Counted from the stretch's first letter, positions 10,752 through 21,491 are shown. The stretch: DNA of 64,000 bases from Candidatus Ryanbacteria bacterium CG10_big_fil_rev_8_21_14_0_10_43_42 (GCA_002793915.1 PFEF01000010.1:60011-124010), one strand, 5' to 3'. Numbers and translations: made by a program. Notes: generated from the letters alone by a model not told the origin.

Positions 10752-11240
10752 ATGAAACATAGACCGTCGGTATCAGTATTCTTTTTTATTGTTGCAGGAT
10801 TTTTTCTACAGCTTATTGCTCCGTACATTATTCCTATGGGGCAAGGAGGTATATTCTTTTTTCCGGCCTTCTTATTCTACGGATTATCACGCGTTAAAGG
10901 TGTTTATCCTATGATACTTGCAGTACTATTTGGGAGCATGCTTGATGTGATAAGCGCGGTACCTTTCGGATTTTATGCGGGTAGTTTTTTTGTGGGCGCG
11001 GGTATAATGGGTATTGCGGGAATATATATACGTATGGAAGAGGGGTGGATACGATTTTTATTTGCTCTTATAGGGTTGACGGTCAGTGCGGGTGCGGCAC
11101 TTTTGTTACGTCTTCCGCAAGTGGATGCGCACGTTGTTTCCGTAAGCGGTTTCGAATTACTGTGGCAAGGATGTGGGGTAAGTATACTTGCGATAGCGGG
11201 GGGCGTGTTTACCCGTATACAAAAAAACAGGATGTATTAA
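10752..11240 (+). CDS. mreD: Rod shape-determining protein MreD
   Basis: Polytopic membrane protein with GSMLDVISAVPFG motif, between mreC and PBP2. Confidence 0.72.
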   Translation: MKHRPSVSVFFFIVAGFFLQLIAPYIIPMGQGGIFFFPAFLFYGLSRVKGVYPMILAVLFGSMLDVISAVPFGFYAGSFFVGAGIMGIAGIYIRMEEGWIRFLFALIGLTVSAGAALLLRLPQVDAHVVSVSGFELLWQGCGVSILAIAGGVFTRIQKNRMY

Positions 11241-11253
11241 TAAGATATCCAAA

Positions 11254-13215
11254 ATGAACACTCCATTTTTAAAAACACCAATACGAAAACAGTTCACCGT
11301 GAGTCCGGAGGAAGTATTTCTTGATACTCAAAATCTACCGGGGTTTGATAATAATCGCTTTGAAGGCACAATAGAGCACCCCATTCGACACGGATTGTTT
11401 ATTATTCTCGGTATATTATTTGGTGCAGTGGGAATATTGCTTATTGCCCGTACCGGATACCTTACTCTTTTTAATGGTAATGCATTTGCAGTCGTATCGG
11501 ATCGGAATCATTTACGTCATCGTATATTGGTTCCTGAAAGAGGCATTATATATGATCGTAATTTAACGCCCATTGCGTTTAATGTGCCTGGATTTCGTGT
11601 TTATATTCATATGGATGGCCGAACAATTACGGAAGAGGATATGCTAGTGCAGGAAATAGCAAAAGCGGTAGGGAGCAATACAGACGAGCTGACACATTTT
11701 ATAAACGACCATAGCAAAAAGGACCTTTTTATTGATACGATCTATGACTGGGATACAGCGAATCATATCATTGCGCTATTCCGGGATGATGACCGCGTTA
11801 CGGTTGATGCTACAACCATTCGTTCTTATTATGACAGTCCGGCACTTTCCCATATCGTGGGTTATATGGGGCGTGTCAATACTAGCGACATTGAGAAAAA
11901 CGAAACAGCTTTGGATTGGGGGGTAATAGGGCGATCAGGGCTTGAAAAAACATATGATGGCATGTTGCGGGGAACGCTGGGAACGCGCATTATCGAGACA
12001 AATTCCGAGGGGCGAGTGTTATCGGAAGGTATTTTTCAAAAAGCGGAGGAGGGAAAAAGTATCGTACTTACCATTTCCGCAGAACTGCAAAATATATTAT
12101 ATGAGACGATAAAAGAAACGGTGGAAGAACGGGGGTTTACCGGAGGATCCGCCGTAGCGCTTGATGTTCATACGGGAGAGATTCTTGGTCTTGTCAGTTA
12201 TCCGGGGTTCGATATGAATCTTCTTACGAAGGGTATTGATGTCGAAGCAATAGCCGCTTTATTTGAAAGCGAAAGAAATCCGCTCTTTAACAGGACGGTT
12301 TCCGGCTTATATCCGCCGGCATCAACGGTAAAGCCATTTCTTGCCATGGCGGCTATTGAAGAACATATTATTCGTCCGGAAGATAGTATTGTAACGGAGG
12401 GACAGCTCGTTGTTCCTAATCCGTATGATCCGGATAACCCCAGTATTTTTAAGGATTGGCGTAATCACGGCGCTATTGCCATGAGAGAGGCCATTGCTTT
12501 TTCATCAAATGTTTATTTCTATGTCGTTGGAGGTGGGTTCGGAAACATTGAAGGATTGGGACGCGAAAGAATTGCGCAGTATTTTCGTTTGTTTGGTATC
12601 GGAACAAAGACGAATACGGGATTACCGGGGGAAACGGAGGGTATTATTCCTGATGAGGCCTGGAAGAAAGAACGATATCCCAGTGATCCTACATGGCGTT
12701 TGGGGGATACATATAATATGAGTATCGGACAGGGAGGTGTTTTAGTGACGCCTCTTCAGATGGCGCGCGCCGTAACTACCATTGCACGGGGAGGCACGAG
12801 CATAGAGCCGCAATTATTGCGCGGTATTATAACGGATAAAGAAACAAAAACCGTTAAGTATACGCTTTCGCCAGACATTAATACTGTTCCGTTGGTAAGT
12901 GAGGAGGCGGTTAGAGTGGCGCACGAGGGAATGGAAGAATCTGCCCGAATTGGGACAGCAAGCGGTTTGAGCGGGATTCCCATTACGGTGGCGGGAAAAA
13001 CCGGTACCGCCGAGTTGGGAAAAACCGGACGTGTGCATTCATGGTTTATGGGATTTGCGCCGGCTGATAATCCCGACATGGTGCTTGTTATTAATTTGGA
13101 AAATGGATCCGATAAAAATCTTATTGGCGGTACGTTTGTAGCACGTGAGATATGGGAATGGTATGCTACGGGAGGCAAGGAAGTTATACACGGAGGTACG
13201 GATGCGATTGATTGA
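11254..13215 (+). CDS. mrdA: Penicillin-binding protein 2
   Basis: PERGIIYDRN, STVK (SxxK), SSN (SxN), KTGT motifs; synteny. Confidence 0.92.
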   Translation: MNTPFLKTPIRKQFTVSPEEVFLDTQNLPGFDNNRFEGTIEHPIRHGLFIILGILFGAVGILLIARTGYLTLFNGNAFAVVSDRNHLRHRILVPERGIIYDRNLTPIAFNVPGFRVYIHMDGRTITEEDMLVQEIAKAVGSNTDELTHFINDHSKKDLFIDTIYDWDTANHIIALFRDDDRVTVDATTIRSYYDSPALSHIVGYMGRVNTSDIEKNETALDWGVIGRSGLEKTYDGMLRGTLGTRIIETNSEGRVLSEGIFQKAEEGKSIVLTISAELQNILYETIKETVEERGFTGGSAVALDVHTGEILGLVSYPGFDMNLLTKGIDVEAIAALFESERNPLFNRTVSGLYPPASTVKPFLAMAAIEEHIIRPEDSIVTEGQLVVPNPYDPDNPSIFKDWRNHGAIAMREAIAFSSNVYFYVVGGGFGNIEGLGRERIAQYFRLFGIGTKTNTGLPGETEGIIPDEAWKKERYPSDPTWRLGDTYNMSIGQGGVLVTPLQMARAVTTIARGGTSIEPQLLRGIITDKETKTVKYTLSPDINTVPLVSEEAVRVAHEGMEESARIGTASGLSGIPITVAGKTGTAELGKTGRVHSWFMGFAPADNPDMVLVINLENGSDKNLIGGTFVAREIWEWYATGGKEVIHGGTDAID

Positions 13216-13240
13216 CAATTACGCAAAAAGTAGCTAGTAT
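13212..13240 (+). promoter_or_regulatory. sigma70-type promoter for greA-lysS
   Basis: TTGACA-17 nt-TAGTAT. Confidence 0.65.
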
Positions 13241-13270
13241 TGCAATCTATATTGGATTAAAATTTTTAGT

Positions 13271-13789
13271 ATGACAATAAAATCCTCATCTGAGGATAGT
13301 GCGCGTGATAATGGTTCCATTGAAGTGGAGCATATGAGCAAGGAAGGATATGCAAAGATTGAAAAGGAGCTTGCGCGTCTTAAAACGGAAGAACGTCTCC
13401 ATATTGCGGAGCGTCTTGAGTATGCAAAAAGTCTGGGTGATCTTTCTGAAAATGCCGAATTTGATGCCGCCAAGGAAGAGCAAATGCTTAACGAAATGCG
13501 TATTCGCGAACTGGAAGATTTATTAAGTCGCGCTACGGTTGTAGAAAAACCGCTTAGTCAAACGAAGGTTGAGATCGGATCTTGTATAATCGTTCAGGTC
13601 AGTAATAATGGTGTAACAAAAGAAACATACACCATTGTAGGTTCCTCCGAGGAAGCCGATCCGTTGGCGGGTCTTATTTCCAACGAATCTCCTTTGGGAC
13701 ATGCATTCATGGGAAAGAAAAAGGGAGAGGTTGTACGCGTGGCGGCTCCGAAAGGAGACATTGAATATGTTATCATTGAAATAGCATAG
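13271..13789 (+). CDS. greA: Transcription elongation factor GreA
   Basis: GDLSENAEF, ISNESPLG. Confidence 0.96.
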   Translation: MTIKSSSEDSARDNGSIEVEHMSKEGYAKIEKELARLKTEERLHIAERLEYAKSLGDLSENAEFDAAKEEQMLNEMRIRELEDLLSRATVVEKPLSQTKVEIGSCIIVQVSNNGVTKETYTIVGSSEEADPLAGLISNESPLGHAFMGKKKGEVVRVAAPKGDIEYVIIEIA

Positions 13790-13851
13790 AAAAAGAATTT
13801 ATCATATTGCTTTTCAAGCTTTGAGCGTTTACTACTTTATATCTATTAAGG

Positions 13852-15306
13852 ATGTCATTAGAAGAAATTCGCACTACACGGCTCGATAAACTCGATAAGA
13901 TTCGAAAAGCGGGTTTTAATCCATACCCCGCTCGCACAAAACGCACCCACACTCTTACGGAAATAGGTGGACAGTTTGATGTTCTTATGGATGAAATGGT
14001 ACCGGTTACGGTTGCCGGACGCGTGCGCGCGGTGCGCGGTCATGGCGGCAGTACTTTTGTTGATATAGAGGACGGTACGGAGCATCTTCAGCTTTATATG
14101 AAGAAAGATACGCTGAAAGATGCGTATGATTTTTTTCTCGATGTGGGAGATGAGGGAGATATTATTGAGGCTGTGGGTACTGTATTTCTAACAAAAAAAG
14201 AGGAACGCACATTGCAAGTTACGGCATGGCGTATGCTCGCAAAAAGTATCCTGCCCTTGCCGGAAAAGTGGCACGGCCTTCAAGACATCGAAGAACGGTT
14301 TCGTAAACGCTATTTGGATATTATGTTTAATGAAGATGTGCGCGTGATGATTCAAAATCGTGCACGGTTTTGGCATGCCATGAGGCGTTTTATGGTGGAG
14401 GAGGGGTTTTTGGAAGTGGAAACGCCCGTACTTGAAAATACGGCAGGAGGCGCCGATGCCGATCCGTTTGCTACACACCACAACGCTCTTGATATGGATG
14501 TATATTTGCGTATTTCATGCGGGGAACTGTGGCAAAAACGTCTTATGGTGGCTGGGTTTCCAAAGGTATTCGAAATAGGCCGCATATTCCGCAATGAAGG
14601 CATGTCGGCAGAACATTTACAGGACTATACGCAGATGGAATTTTATTGGGCTTATGCTGATTATGAAGACGGCATGCGGTTTGTGGAGCGGTTGTATAAA
14701 TATATCGCGAAGGACGTTTTTGGTACGTTAGAGTTTACGATAGGAGATTTTACTATTGATCTGGACGTACCATGGGAACGATATGATTATCAGGCAATAA
14801 TACGGCATGAAACGGGCATTGATGTTTTGAACACGAATACGGAAGAAATAGAAAAAAAGATACGTGAGCTTGGTATTGTATATAATAAAGGAGGGATGAA
14901 TATTGCACGCGGCGTGGATACGCTTTGGAAATACTGTCGCAAGCGCGTGAGTGGTCCGGGATTTCTTATAAATGTGCCGGTGTTTTTAGAACCGCTTGCA
15001 AAACGGAAGGAGGGTGCTGAAAATCTGGTAGAGCGGTTTCAGGTGATTCTTGCCGGATCGGAAATGGGAAAAGGATACAGTGAGCTTAACGATCCCATTG
15101 ATCAACGGGAACGGTTTGAAGAACAACAACGGATGCGGGATGAGGGGGATGCGGAAGCACATATGGCGGATTATGATTTTGTAGAGGCGCTGGAATATGG
15201 CATGCCGCCTACATGCGGATTTGGTGTAAGCGAGCGTTTATTTAGCTTTCTTTCGAATAAATCGGTCCGAGAAACACAGATTTTTCCTCTTATGCGGCCA
15301 AAATAG
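13852..15306 (+). CDS. lysS: Lysine--tRNA ligase (class II)
   Basis: RFRKRYLD, FRNEG, YSELNDP, YGMPPTCGFG. Confidence 0.97.
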   Translation: MSLEEIRTTRLDKLDKIRKAGFNPYPARTKRTHTLTEIGGQFDVLMDEMVPVTVAGRVRAVRGHGGSTFVDIEDGTEHLQLYMKKDTLKDAYDFFLDVGDEGDIIEAVGTVFLTKKEERTLQVTAWRMLAKSILPLPEKWHGLQDIEERFRKRYLDIMFNEDVRVMIQNRARFWHAMRRFMVEEGFLEVETPVLENTAGGADADPFATHHNALDMDVYLRISCGELWQKRLMVAGFPKVFEIGRIFRNEGMSAEHLQDYTQMEFYWAYADYEDGMRFVERLYKYIAKDVFGTLEFTIGDFTIDLDVPWERYDYQAIIRHETGIDVLNTNTEEIEKKIRELGIVYNKGGMNIARGVDTLWKYCRKRVSGPGFLINVPVFLEPLAKRKEGAENLVERFQVILAGSEMGKGYSELNDPIDQRERFEEQQRMRDEGDAEAHMADYDFVEALEYGMPPTCGFGVSERLFSFLSNKSVRETQIFPLMRPK

Positions 15307-15480
15307 GTCCGCGTATTATATATAGACAAAGGGTGATGTGTTGGGGTATACTGCGCTAAGATTATACGGATCTTGTACGTAGTCTTTTTTGTTGGTGCAT
15401 TGAAAATATGGTCGGATGTTTTGTTTCGGAAACATACTTCTTTCGGTGCGTTGATATTGCTCATTTTTAAGGGGGTGCCT

Positions 15481-16236
15481 ATGTCTTGCAAAGAAGGGGA
15501 TGAGAAAAAACCTATTAATCCGGCAGATTTCTTTTATTTGGTGAATGAGATAGCGAAAGGAATGCATAGGAACTTGCCGCGGCACGCTGTTTCCATAGAC
15601 GACCTTATTCAGAGCGGCATGGTCGGATTAATGGAGTGCGTGAAAAAATATAAGCCATCACAGGCTTCGTTTCAAAAGTACGCACGGTATAGAATCAGGG
15701 GAGAAATAGTAGAATATCTTCGTACTCTTGATATAGCGACGCGCTTCGTACGTAGGGCGCAGAGGGACTATAAGGAAACTCTTACTCGTTTAATAGATGA
15801 GCTAGGTGAAGAGCCGACACAAGAAGAGCATGCAGACGCATTAAATTTCACCATAGAAGAGTTTCATAGGATGAGAAGCCGCATACATGTTGAGGTAAGG
15901 AGTATTGAGGACGAAATGAATGAGAATAGATATCCTTTCGCTCTTTCCAATTCTCATTGTCCGGAATCTCTGTGCGAAAAAGCCGAGTTGCAATTTCTTA
16001 TAAAAGAGATACTTTCCACATTACCGGAAAACGACCAGCGCGTTCTTGCATATTCGTATACTGATGAGCTTACGTTAGCGGAAATTGGAAGAGAGTTGGA
16101 TCTTTCGGAAGGTAGAATATGTCAAATAAGGACAAAAGCCTTGAAGGATATTCGCATGCGTATAGATAATCCTGTAAAGCTTGGTTATAGCGCGCGGCGT
16201 AACCAAAAACTACAGGATGAAAAAAAGAAGTCATAG
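15481..16236 (+). CDS. FliA/WhiG-family (sigma28-like) RNA polymerase sigma factor
   Basis: DDLIQSGMVGL, YARYRIRGEIVEYLRTLD, LTLAEIGRELDLSEGRICQI; ATG 15481 follows AAGGGGG. Confidence 0.88.
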   Translation: MSCKEGDEKKPINPADFFYLVNEIAKGMHRNLPRHAVSIDDLIQSGMVGLMECVKKYKPSQASFQKYARYRIRGEIVEYLRTLDIATRFVRRAQRDYKETLTRLIDELGEEPTQEEHADALNFTIEEFHRMRSRIHVEVRSIEDEMNENRYPFALSNSHCPESLCEKAELQFLIKEILSTLPENDQRVLAYSYTDELTLAEIGRELDLSEGRICQIRTKALKDIRMRIDNPVKLGYSARRNQKLQDEKKKS

Positions 16237-16403
16237 GAGCAATTGCATATGACGAAGGTATTCCAAGGGAAACTTTGAAATACTTAAAATCGTTGAATAT
16301 GCTTATGCGTGTTATTTCTGCGCACGGAAGATATGAAATACGCAGATGCTTTCCCGACAACCGGAAGTCGTTATAAAAACATAAGAATACTCATGCAATT
16401 TCC

Positions 16404-16434
16404 AAGCCCTTTAGTACTTTACTGAAGGGTTTTT
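16404..16434 (+). terminator. Rho-independent terminator after the sigma gene
   Basis: AAGCCCTTTAGTA-ctt-TACTGAAGGGTTT with T tail. Confidence 0.7.
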
Positions 16435-16599
16435 ATATGATCACTTTCTTAATAATGAGTTCCACGGATGCCAATACTGTGGAAAACATGTACATAACTT
16501 TTTATATACCAAGATGTAAAGACAAAAAAATGGCTTAAGGTAAGGATTTTTCGTTTTGTGGAATAATAATTTGTATATAGTGTTGTTTCATAGCACAGA

Positions 16600-16634
16600 G
16601 TGGTATAGTATATATATTAGGTGGAAAAAAGTGG
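16600..16634 (+). promoter_or_regulatory. Putative MraZ-binding GTGG boxes
   Basis: GTGG at 16621 and 16631 (GTGG-N6-GTGG) plus one at 16600, directly upstream of mraZ. Confidence 0.55.
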
Positions 16635-16648
16635 GATAAAAATAATAT

Positions 16649-17083
16649 ATGTTCCTCGGAGAATATAATCATACGATTGATGCAAAAAAACGGCTTTCCG
16701 TTCCGGCAAAGTTTCGGCGGGAGTTGGGGAAAAAGGCGGTACTTACGCGAGGACTTGATCAATCATTATTTTTGTATCCAATGAATACCTGGGAGATGAT
16801 ATCTCGCAAATTAAATGAGTTACCCACCGGACAAGCGAGTACGCGCGGGTTTGTGCGCTTAATGCTTGCCGGCGCGGAGGAAGTGACTATTGATGCACTC
16901 GGGCGTATTCTGGTCCCGGAACATTTAAAGTTATATGCCGGCATACAGCAGTCAGTGGTTGTAACGGGCGTGCATTCACGGCTTGAAATATGGGATGAGG
17001 AAGTCTGGTATGCATACAAGCAGAAGGTGGAAAAAGATGCCGATGCGCTTGCGGAACAGTTGGGGGAGATCGGGGCATTCTAA
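16649..17083 (+). CDS. mraZ: Transcriptional regulator MraZ
   Basis: MFLGEYNHTIDAKKR, DALGRILVP, RLEIWD. Confidence 0.96.
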   Translation: MFLGEYNHTIDAKKRLSVPAKFRRELGKKAVLTRGLDQSLFLYPMNTWEMISRKLNELPTGQASTRGFVRLMLAGAEEVTIDALGRILVPEHLKLYAGIQQSVVVTGVHSRLEIWDEEVWYAYKQKVEKDADALAEQLGEIGAF

Positions 17084-17139
17084 GAATATAAATTGCGTAT
17101 GGCTCCGATTGATTTATAGCATTAGGTTGTGAAGACGAA

Positions 17140-18081
17140 ATGAAAAATACGCAAGCGAAATTATCTCCTCCTGTAAATAATGCCTTGTCATCTTCCGTGC
17201 ATGTGCCGATACTGTTGGAGGAAGTAATTACGTGTTTAAACATACAGCCGGGAGACACGGTTATAGACGGTACGATAAACGGAGGAGGACACGCACTTCG
17301 CATATTGGAAGAAATAGGAGAAACCGGCATGCTTATCGGTATTGATCGTGACGGTGGGATAATAAAAAATACCGATGCCTTATTTCGGGAAAAGGGATAT
17401 AAAAATTATTTATTGGTAACGGGATCATATGCGGATGTAGTACCTATTACAAACGATCATGCAATAAAAAACACGGATGCCATATTGCTTGATCTTGGTT
17501 TCAGTTCATATCATGTGGACATGTCGGGGCGGGGATTTTCTTTTCTGCGCGATGAGCCGCTGGATATGCGCTATAGCGAGAGCGATACTATAACGGCGGC
17601 AGACATTCTTAATGAATGGGCGGAGGGGGATATAGAGCATATTCTTACGGCATATGGAGAGGAACGCTTTGCAAAACGTATTGCGCATGCCGTTATAAAA
17701 CGGCGAAAGGAACAGCGTTTTTCCCGCACGGAAGATGTTGTCGATGTTGTACGCCGTAATGTGCCAACCTGGTACCGGCACAGAAAGATTCACTTTGCAA
17801 CAAAAACATTTCAGGCACTGCGCATTGCCGTAAACGATGAGTTGGAGCATGTGGCGAAAGGGCTTACTGAAAGTATTAGTATATTAAAGCCAGGAGGACG
17901 GCTTGTTGTACTGGCTTTTCACTCGCAGGAAGATCGCATAGTAAAACAAACATTTCGGAAATATGCCAAAGAGGAAATTATCACATTGCCCCATAAAAAA
18001 CCAATAATGCCGGCACGAAAAGAAATATATATAAATCCGCGTGCGCGTTCCGCCAAAATGCGTGTGTGTGAAAAAATATGA
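17140..18081 (+). CDS. rsmH: 16S rRNA m4C1402 methyltransferase
   Basis: HVPILL, DLGFSS, PLDMR, FQALRIAVNDEL, NPRARSAKMR. Confidence 0.96.
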   Translation: MKNTQAKLSPPVNNALSSSVHVPILLEEVITCLNIQPGDTVIDGTINGGGHALRILEEIGETGMLIGIDRDGGIIKNTDALFREKGYKNYLLVTGSYADVVPITNDHAIKNTDAILLDLGFSSYHVDMSGRGFSFLRDEPLDMRYSESDTITAADILNEWAEGDIEHILTAYGEERFAKRIAHAVIKRRKEQRFSRTEDVVDVVRRNVPTWYRHRKIHFATKTFQALRIAVNDELEHVAKGLTESISILKPGGRLVVLAFHSQEDRIVKQTFRKYAKEEIITLPHKKPIMPARKEIYINPRARSAKMRVCEKI

Positions 18082-18401
18082 AAACACGTACAATAAAATT
18101 TTCCATAACGCACCTTCCTATTTGGAACATAGTTCCATTTCTTCTTTTTGCCGCGGCTGTTGTTCTTGCGGGCGTATATATATACGGCATTAATCAAGTT
18201 GTCGTCGATTCTCTTTTTGTGGAAAGAGCAAATGAGCAAATGGCGGTTTTAGAAGAGGAGATTCGGGAATTGGAGGGAGACCTTGCTCAGCTTTCCGTGG
18301 GATATCGCTTGGAAGAGGAGGCATCACAACTTGGGCTTACCAGTGAGGGTCCTGTTTACTTTCTTGAGAAGAATAATGCGGTTGCACGCGCAGATAATTA
18401 A
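18078..18401 (+). CDS. FtsL-like cell division protein
   Basis: Single TM plus coiled coil, between rsmH and ftsI. Confidence 0.6.
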   Translation: MKTRTIKFSITHLPIWNIVPFLLFAAAVVLAGVYIYGINQVVVDSLFVERANEQMAVLEEEIRELEGDLAQLSVGYRLEEEASQLGLTSEGPVYFLEKNNAVARADN

Positions 18402-18470
18402 CTGTTTTTATAGCGATATACCGTTATGTACTAAACGATATGTGCTGTTGAGTATAGGTGTTAGGAGATC

Positions 18471-20171
18471 ATGAGTGATAAACGACTTACTTTTGTCATA
18501 GTGGGTGTTGGTATTGTGTCGGGAATTATTCTCTCCCGGCTCTTTTTTCTTCAAGTAACCCATGCAGAGTATTATCGTGCAAAAGCCGAGCGGCAACATG
18601 CCGTATCTATACTTACCACTCCTCGCCGCGGTGATATATTTTTTGAAGACAAGGAAGGGCGCCTTGTGCCGGCGGCGTCTACAAAACGTGTGTATACACT
18701 GGCGGGTAATCCACAGCAAATAGAAGATGTTCGTTCGGCATATGACACATTTGTTGCATACATTCCTTTGGAGGAAGATGCATTCTTTCCGCTTGCTGAA
18801 AGTATGGAACGCACTTATGCGTCATTTATGAGGGGTATTGATAAAGACACGGCGCAACGTATTCCCATGAGTGACATGAAAGGGTTCTGGCTTGAAGAAG
18901 AAGAAACACGCGCATATCCAAGTCATACATTAGGGAGTCATTTGCTTGGATTTGTAGGATTTGACGGTGATGAGCGCGTGGGGCAGTATGGCATTGAACG
19001 CATGTACGACAGTGTTTTGCACGGAAAGGGGGGAAGTGTTGTCGGAGAGCGCTCTGCCGGAGGAACGCTTCTTTCCATAGGAAGGGATTTGTTTCGAGAA
19101 AAACAAGACGGACGGGATATCGTACTTACCATAGATCCCAACATACAATCTTTTGCGGCAGGGCAAATTACGGCATTGGAAGAAATGTGGCATCCAAAAA
19201 GTGTCGGCGTTCTTGTTGTTGATCCGCAGACGGGAGCCATTCTCGCTATGGAGGCATCTCCCTCGTTTGATCCAAACACCTACGGAGATGTGGAGGATTA
19301 CAATGTTTTTATAAATCCATTCACGGAAAGCACTTTTGAAATGGGATCGATATTCAAGCCGCTTACCATGAGTATCGGGCTTGATACCCGTTCAATAACG
19401 GAAAAAACAACATATTTCGATGCCGGATCGGTACGTGTTCGGGACGCAACGATTGGTAATTATGACGGGCGCGGGCGCGGATGGCAGAGTATGCTTGATA
19501 TTCTTGACCAGTCGCTTAATACCGGATCGGTATTCATTCAACAGCAAATAGGAGAACGCGCATTTCGGGACTATATAGAACGTCTTGGGTTGGGAAGGCG
19601 AACGGGTATTGATTTGCCAAACGAGGTTGCCGGTAATATACACAATTTGGAAACGGGCGGCGAGGTTGAGTATGCAACGGCATCGTTCGGGCAAGGTATC
19701 GCGCTTACCCCTATAGGAATTACGTCCGCTCTTTCTTCCATTGCAAATGGCGGTACATTAGTGCGGCCGTATATTGTGGATCGTGTTTTGAGCGAAGATA
19801 CGGTAGTGGAAAAGACGGAAACAGATACGCGTCGGCGCGTATTTAAAGAAGAAACCACGGAAATGGTATCGCGCATGCTTGTGTCCGTTGTGGATAATAC
19901 GCTTGCAAACGGAGTCGTATACATGCCGGAATATAGCATTGCCGCAAAAACGGGAACCGCTCAAATAGCAAATAGCTCCTCGTTGGGGTATTCCGATGAA
20001 TTTTTACATACTTTTTTTGGATACGCACCGGCATATGATCCGGAATTCCTCATATTTTATTTCCTTGAACGTCCGGTGGGAGTGCGCTATGCTTCGCAAA
20101 CGTTATCAGAGCCTTTTCGGGAAATGACGGACTTTATCATCAATTATTATCAAATTTTACCCGATCGGTAA
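18471..20171 (+). CDS. ftsI: Cell division transpeptidase FtsI/PBP3-like
   Basis: PRRGDI, GSIFK, SLN, KTGTAQ; dcw position. Confidence 0.88.
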   Translation: MSDKRLTFVIVGVGIVSGIILSRLFFLQVTHAEYYRAKAERQHAVSILTTPRRGDIFFEDKEGRLVPAASTKRVYTLAGNPQQIEDVRSAYDTFVAYIPLEEDAFFPLAESMERTYASFMRGIDKDTAQRIPMSDMKGFWLEEEETRAYPSHTLGSHLLGFVGFDGDERVGQYGIERMYDSVLHGKGGSVVGERSAGGTLLSIGRDLFREKQDGRDIVLTIDPNIQSFAAGQITALEEMWHPKSVGVLVVDPQTGAILAMEASPSFDPNTYGDVEDYNVFINPFTESTFEMGSIFKPLTMSIGLDTRSITEKTTYFDAGSVRVRDATIGNYDGRGRGWQSMLDILDQSLNTGSVFIQQQIGERAFRDYIERLGLGRRTGIDLPNEVAGNIHNLETGGEVEYATASFGQGIALTPIGITSALSSIANGGTLVRPYIVDRVLSEDTVVEKTETDTRRRVFKEETTEMVSRMLVSVVDNTLANGVVYMPEYSIAAKTGTAQIANSSSLGYSDEFLHTFFGYAPAYDPEFLIFYFLERPVGVRYASQTLSEPFREMTDFIINYYQILPDR

Positions 20172-20189
20172 CAGTTGTTAGGAGGTTAT

Positions 20190-21491
20190 ATGAACATAGC
20201 AAAAAAAATACTCCAGTATATATTTCGTGTACAGGCAAAAATGGTGCTAAAGCGTTTTCACCCCAAAATTATTGCCATTACGGGGAGTGTTGGGAAAACA
20301 TCAACAAAAGAGGCTATTTACGCCGTGTTAAAAGAAAAATACACCGTACGCAAGAGTCCCAAGAGTTACAATAGTATGGAGTGGGGTGTTTCGCTTACCA
20401 TTCTCGGACTTGTGTCGGAGTGGAATAATCCCGCGGGGTGGATAAGCAATATCGGAAAGGGGATTATGACGCTGATGGCATCTGATTATCCGGAAATGGT
20501 TATTGTGGAAATGGGTGTTGATCATCCGGGAGATATGGATGTTATGGTGTCACTCGCAAAGCCGGATATCGCCGTTGTAACGGCAATAGGAGACATTCCG
20601 GTTCATGTGGAGTTTTTTGCCGGTCCTAAAGAGCTTGCTCTTGAAAAAGGGCGTATTGTGCGTGCCGTCTCCTCCGACGGGTACGTTATTTTAAATAGCG
20701 ATGATGATGTTGTGCATGATATGCGCGCCGAAGCGCATGGTACGGTGCGTACGTTTGGGGTAGGGCGCGGGGCCGATGTGCATGTGTCGGGATATAAGCT
20801 TACCACGACCGGTAAAGAGCATCATGTTATTCCGAAGGGTATTGCCTGTAAGGCAGATTATCGGGGGACAAGCGTGCCTATACATTTGGAAGGCGTATTT
20901 GGTAAACAGCAGATGTATGTTATCGGAGCGGCTGTTGCGGTTGGTTTAAGTCTTAATATGAATATGGTTGATATTGCGCGCGCGCTTGAAAAAAATTATA
21001 TGCCGTCTCCCGGACGTTTGCGGCTTCTTCCCGGTATTAAAGAAAGTTGGATTTTGGACGATACATATAACGCGAGTCCTATGGCAATGCATGCCGCGCT
21101 TGATACGCTAAAAGATATGCCGGGAGTGCGGCGCATTGCGGTTTTGGCCGATATGCTTGAGATTGGCAAGTTTACCATCAAGGCGCATGAATCGATGGGT
21201 ATGCTGGCGGCTCCGATCGCAAACGTGCTTATTACAGTGGGACCACGCGCTAAATTCATTGCACAAGAAGCACGCGCACGCGGCATGAAAAAGACCGATG
21301 TGGTTGAGTGTGTTTCCGCAGAAGAGGCGGGGAGTTATCTGCAAAGCATAATGGAACCGGGAGATGTTATTTTAGTGAAAGGTTCACAGTCTATGCGGAT
21401 GGAGAAAGTTGTGGAGGAGATAATGGCGCATCCGGAGGATGCGGGTGATTTGCTTGTAAGGCAGGATTCTTATTGGAAGACAAAGACATAG
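20190..21491 (+). CDS. murF: UDP-MurNAc-tripeptide--D-Ala-D-Ala ligase
   Basis: ITGSVGKTSTKE, DDTYNASP, LVKGSQ; GGAGG before ATG 20190. Confidence 0.9.
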   Translation: MNIAKKILQYIFRVQAKMVLKRFHPKIIAITGSVGKTSTKEAIYAVLKEKYTVRKSPKSYNSMEWGVSLTILGLVSEWNNPAGWISNIGKGIMTLMASDYPEMVIVEMGVDHPGDMDVMVSLAKPDIAVVTAIGDIPVHVEFFAGPKELALEKGRIVRAVSSDGYVILNSDDDVVHDMRAEAHGTVRTFGVGRGADVHVSGYKLTTTGKEHHVIPKGIACKADYRGTSVPIHLEGVFGKQQMYVIGAAVAVGLSLNMNMVDIARALEKNYMPSPGRLRLLPGIKESWILDDTYNASPMAMHAALDTLKDMPGVRRIAVLADMLEIGKFTIKAHESMGMLAAPIANVLITVGPRAKFIAQEARARGMKKTDVVECVSAEEAGSYLQSIMEPGDVILVKGSQSMRMEKVVEEIMAHPEDAGDLLVRQDSYWKTKT

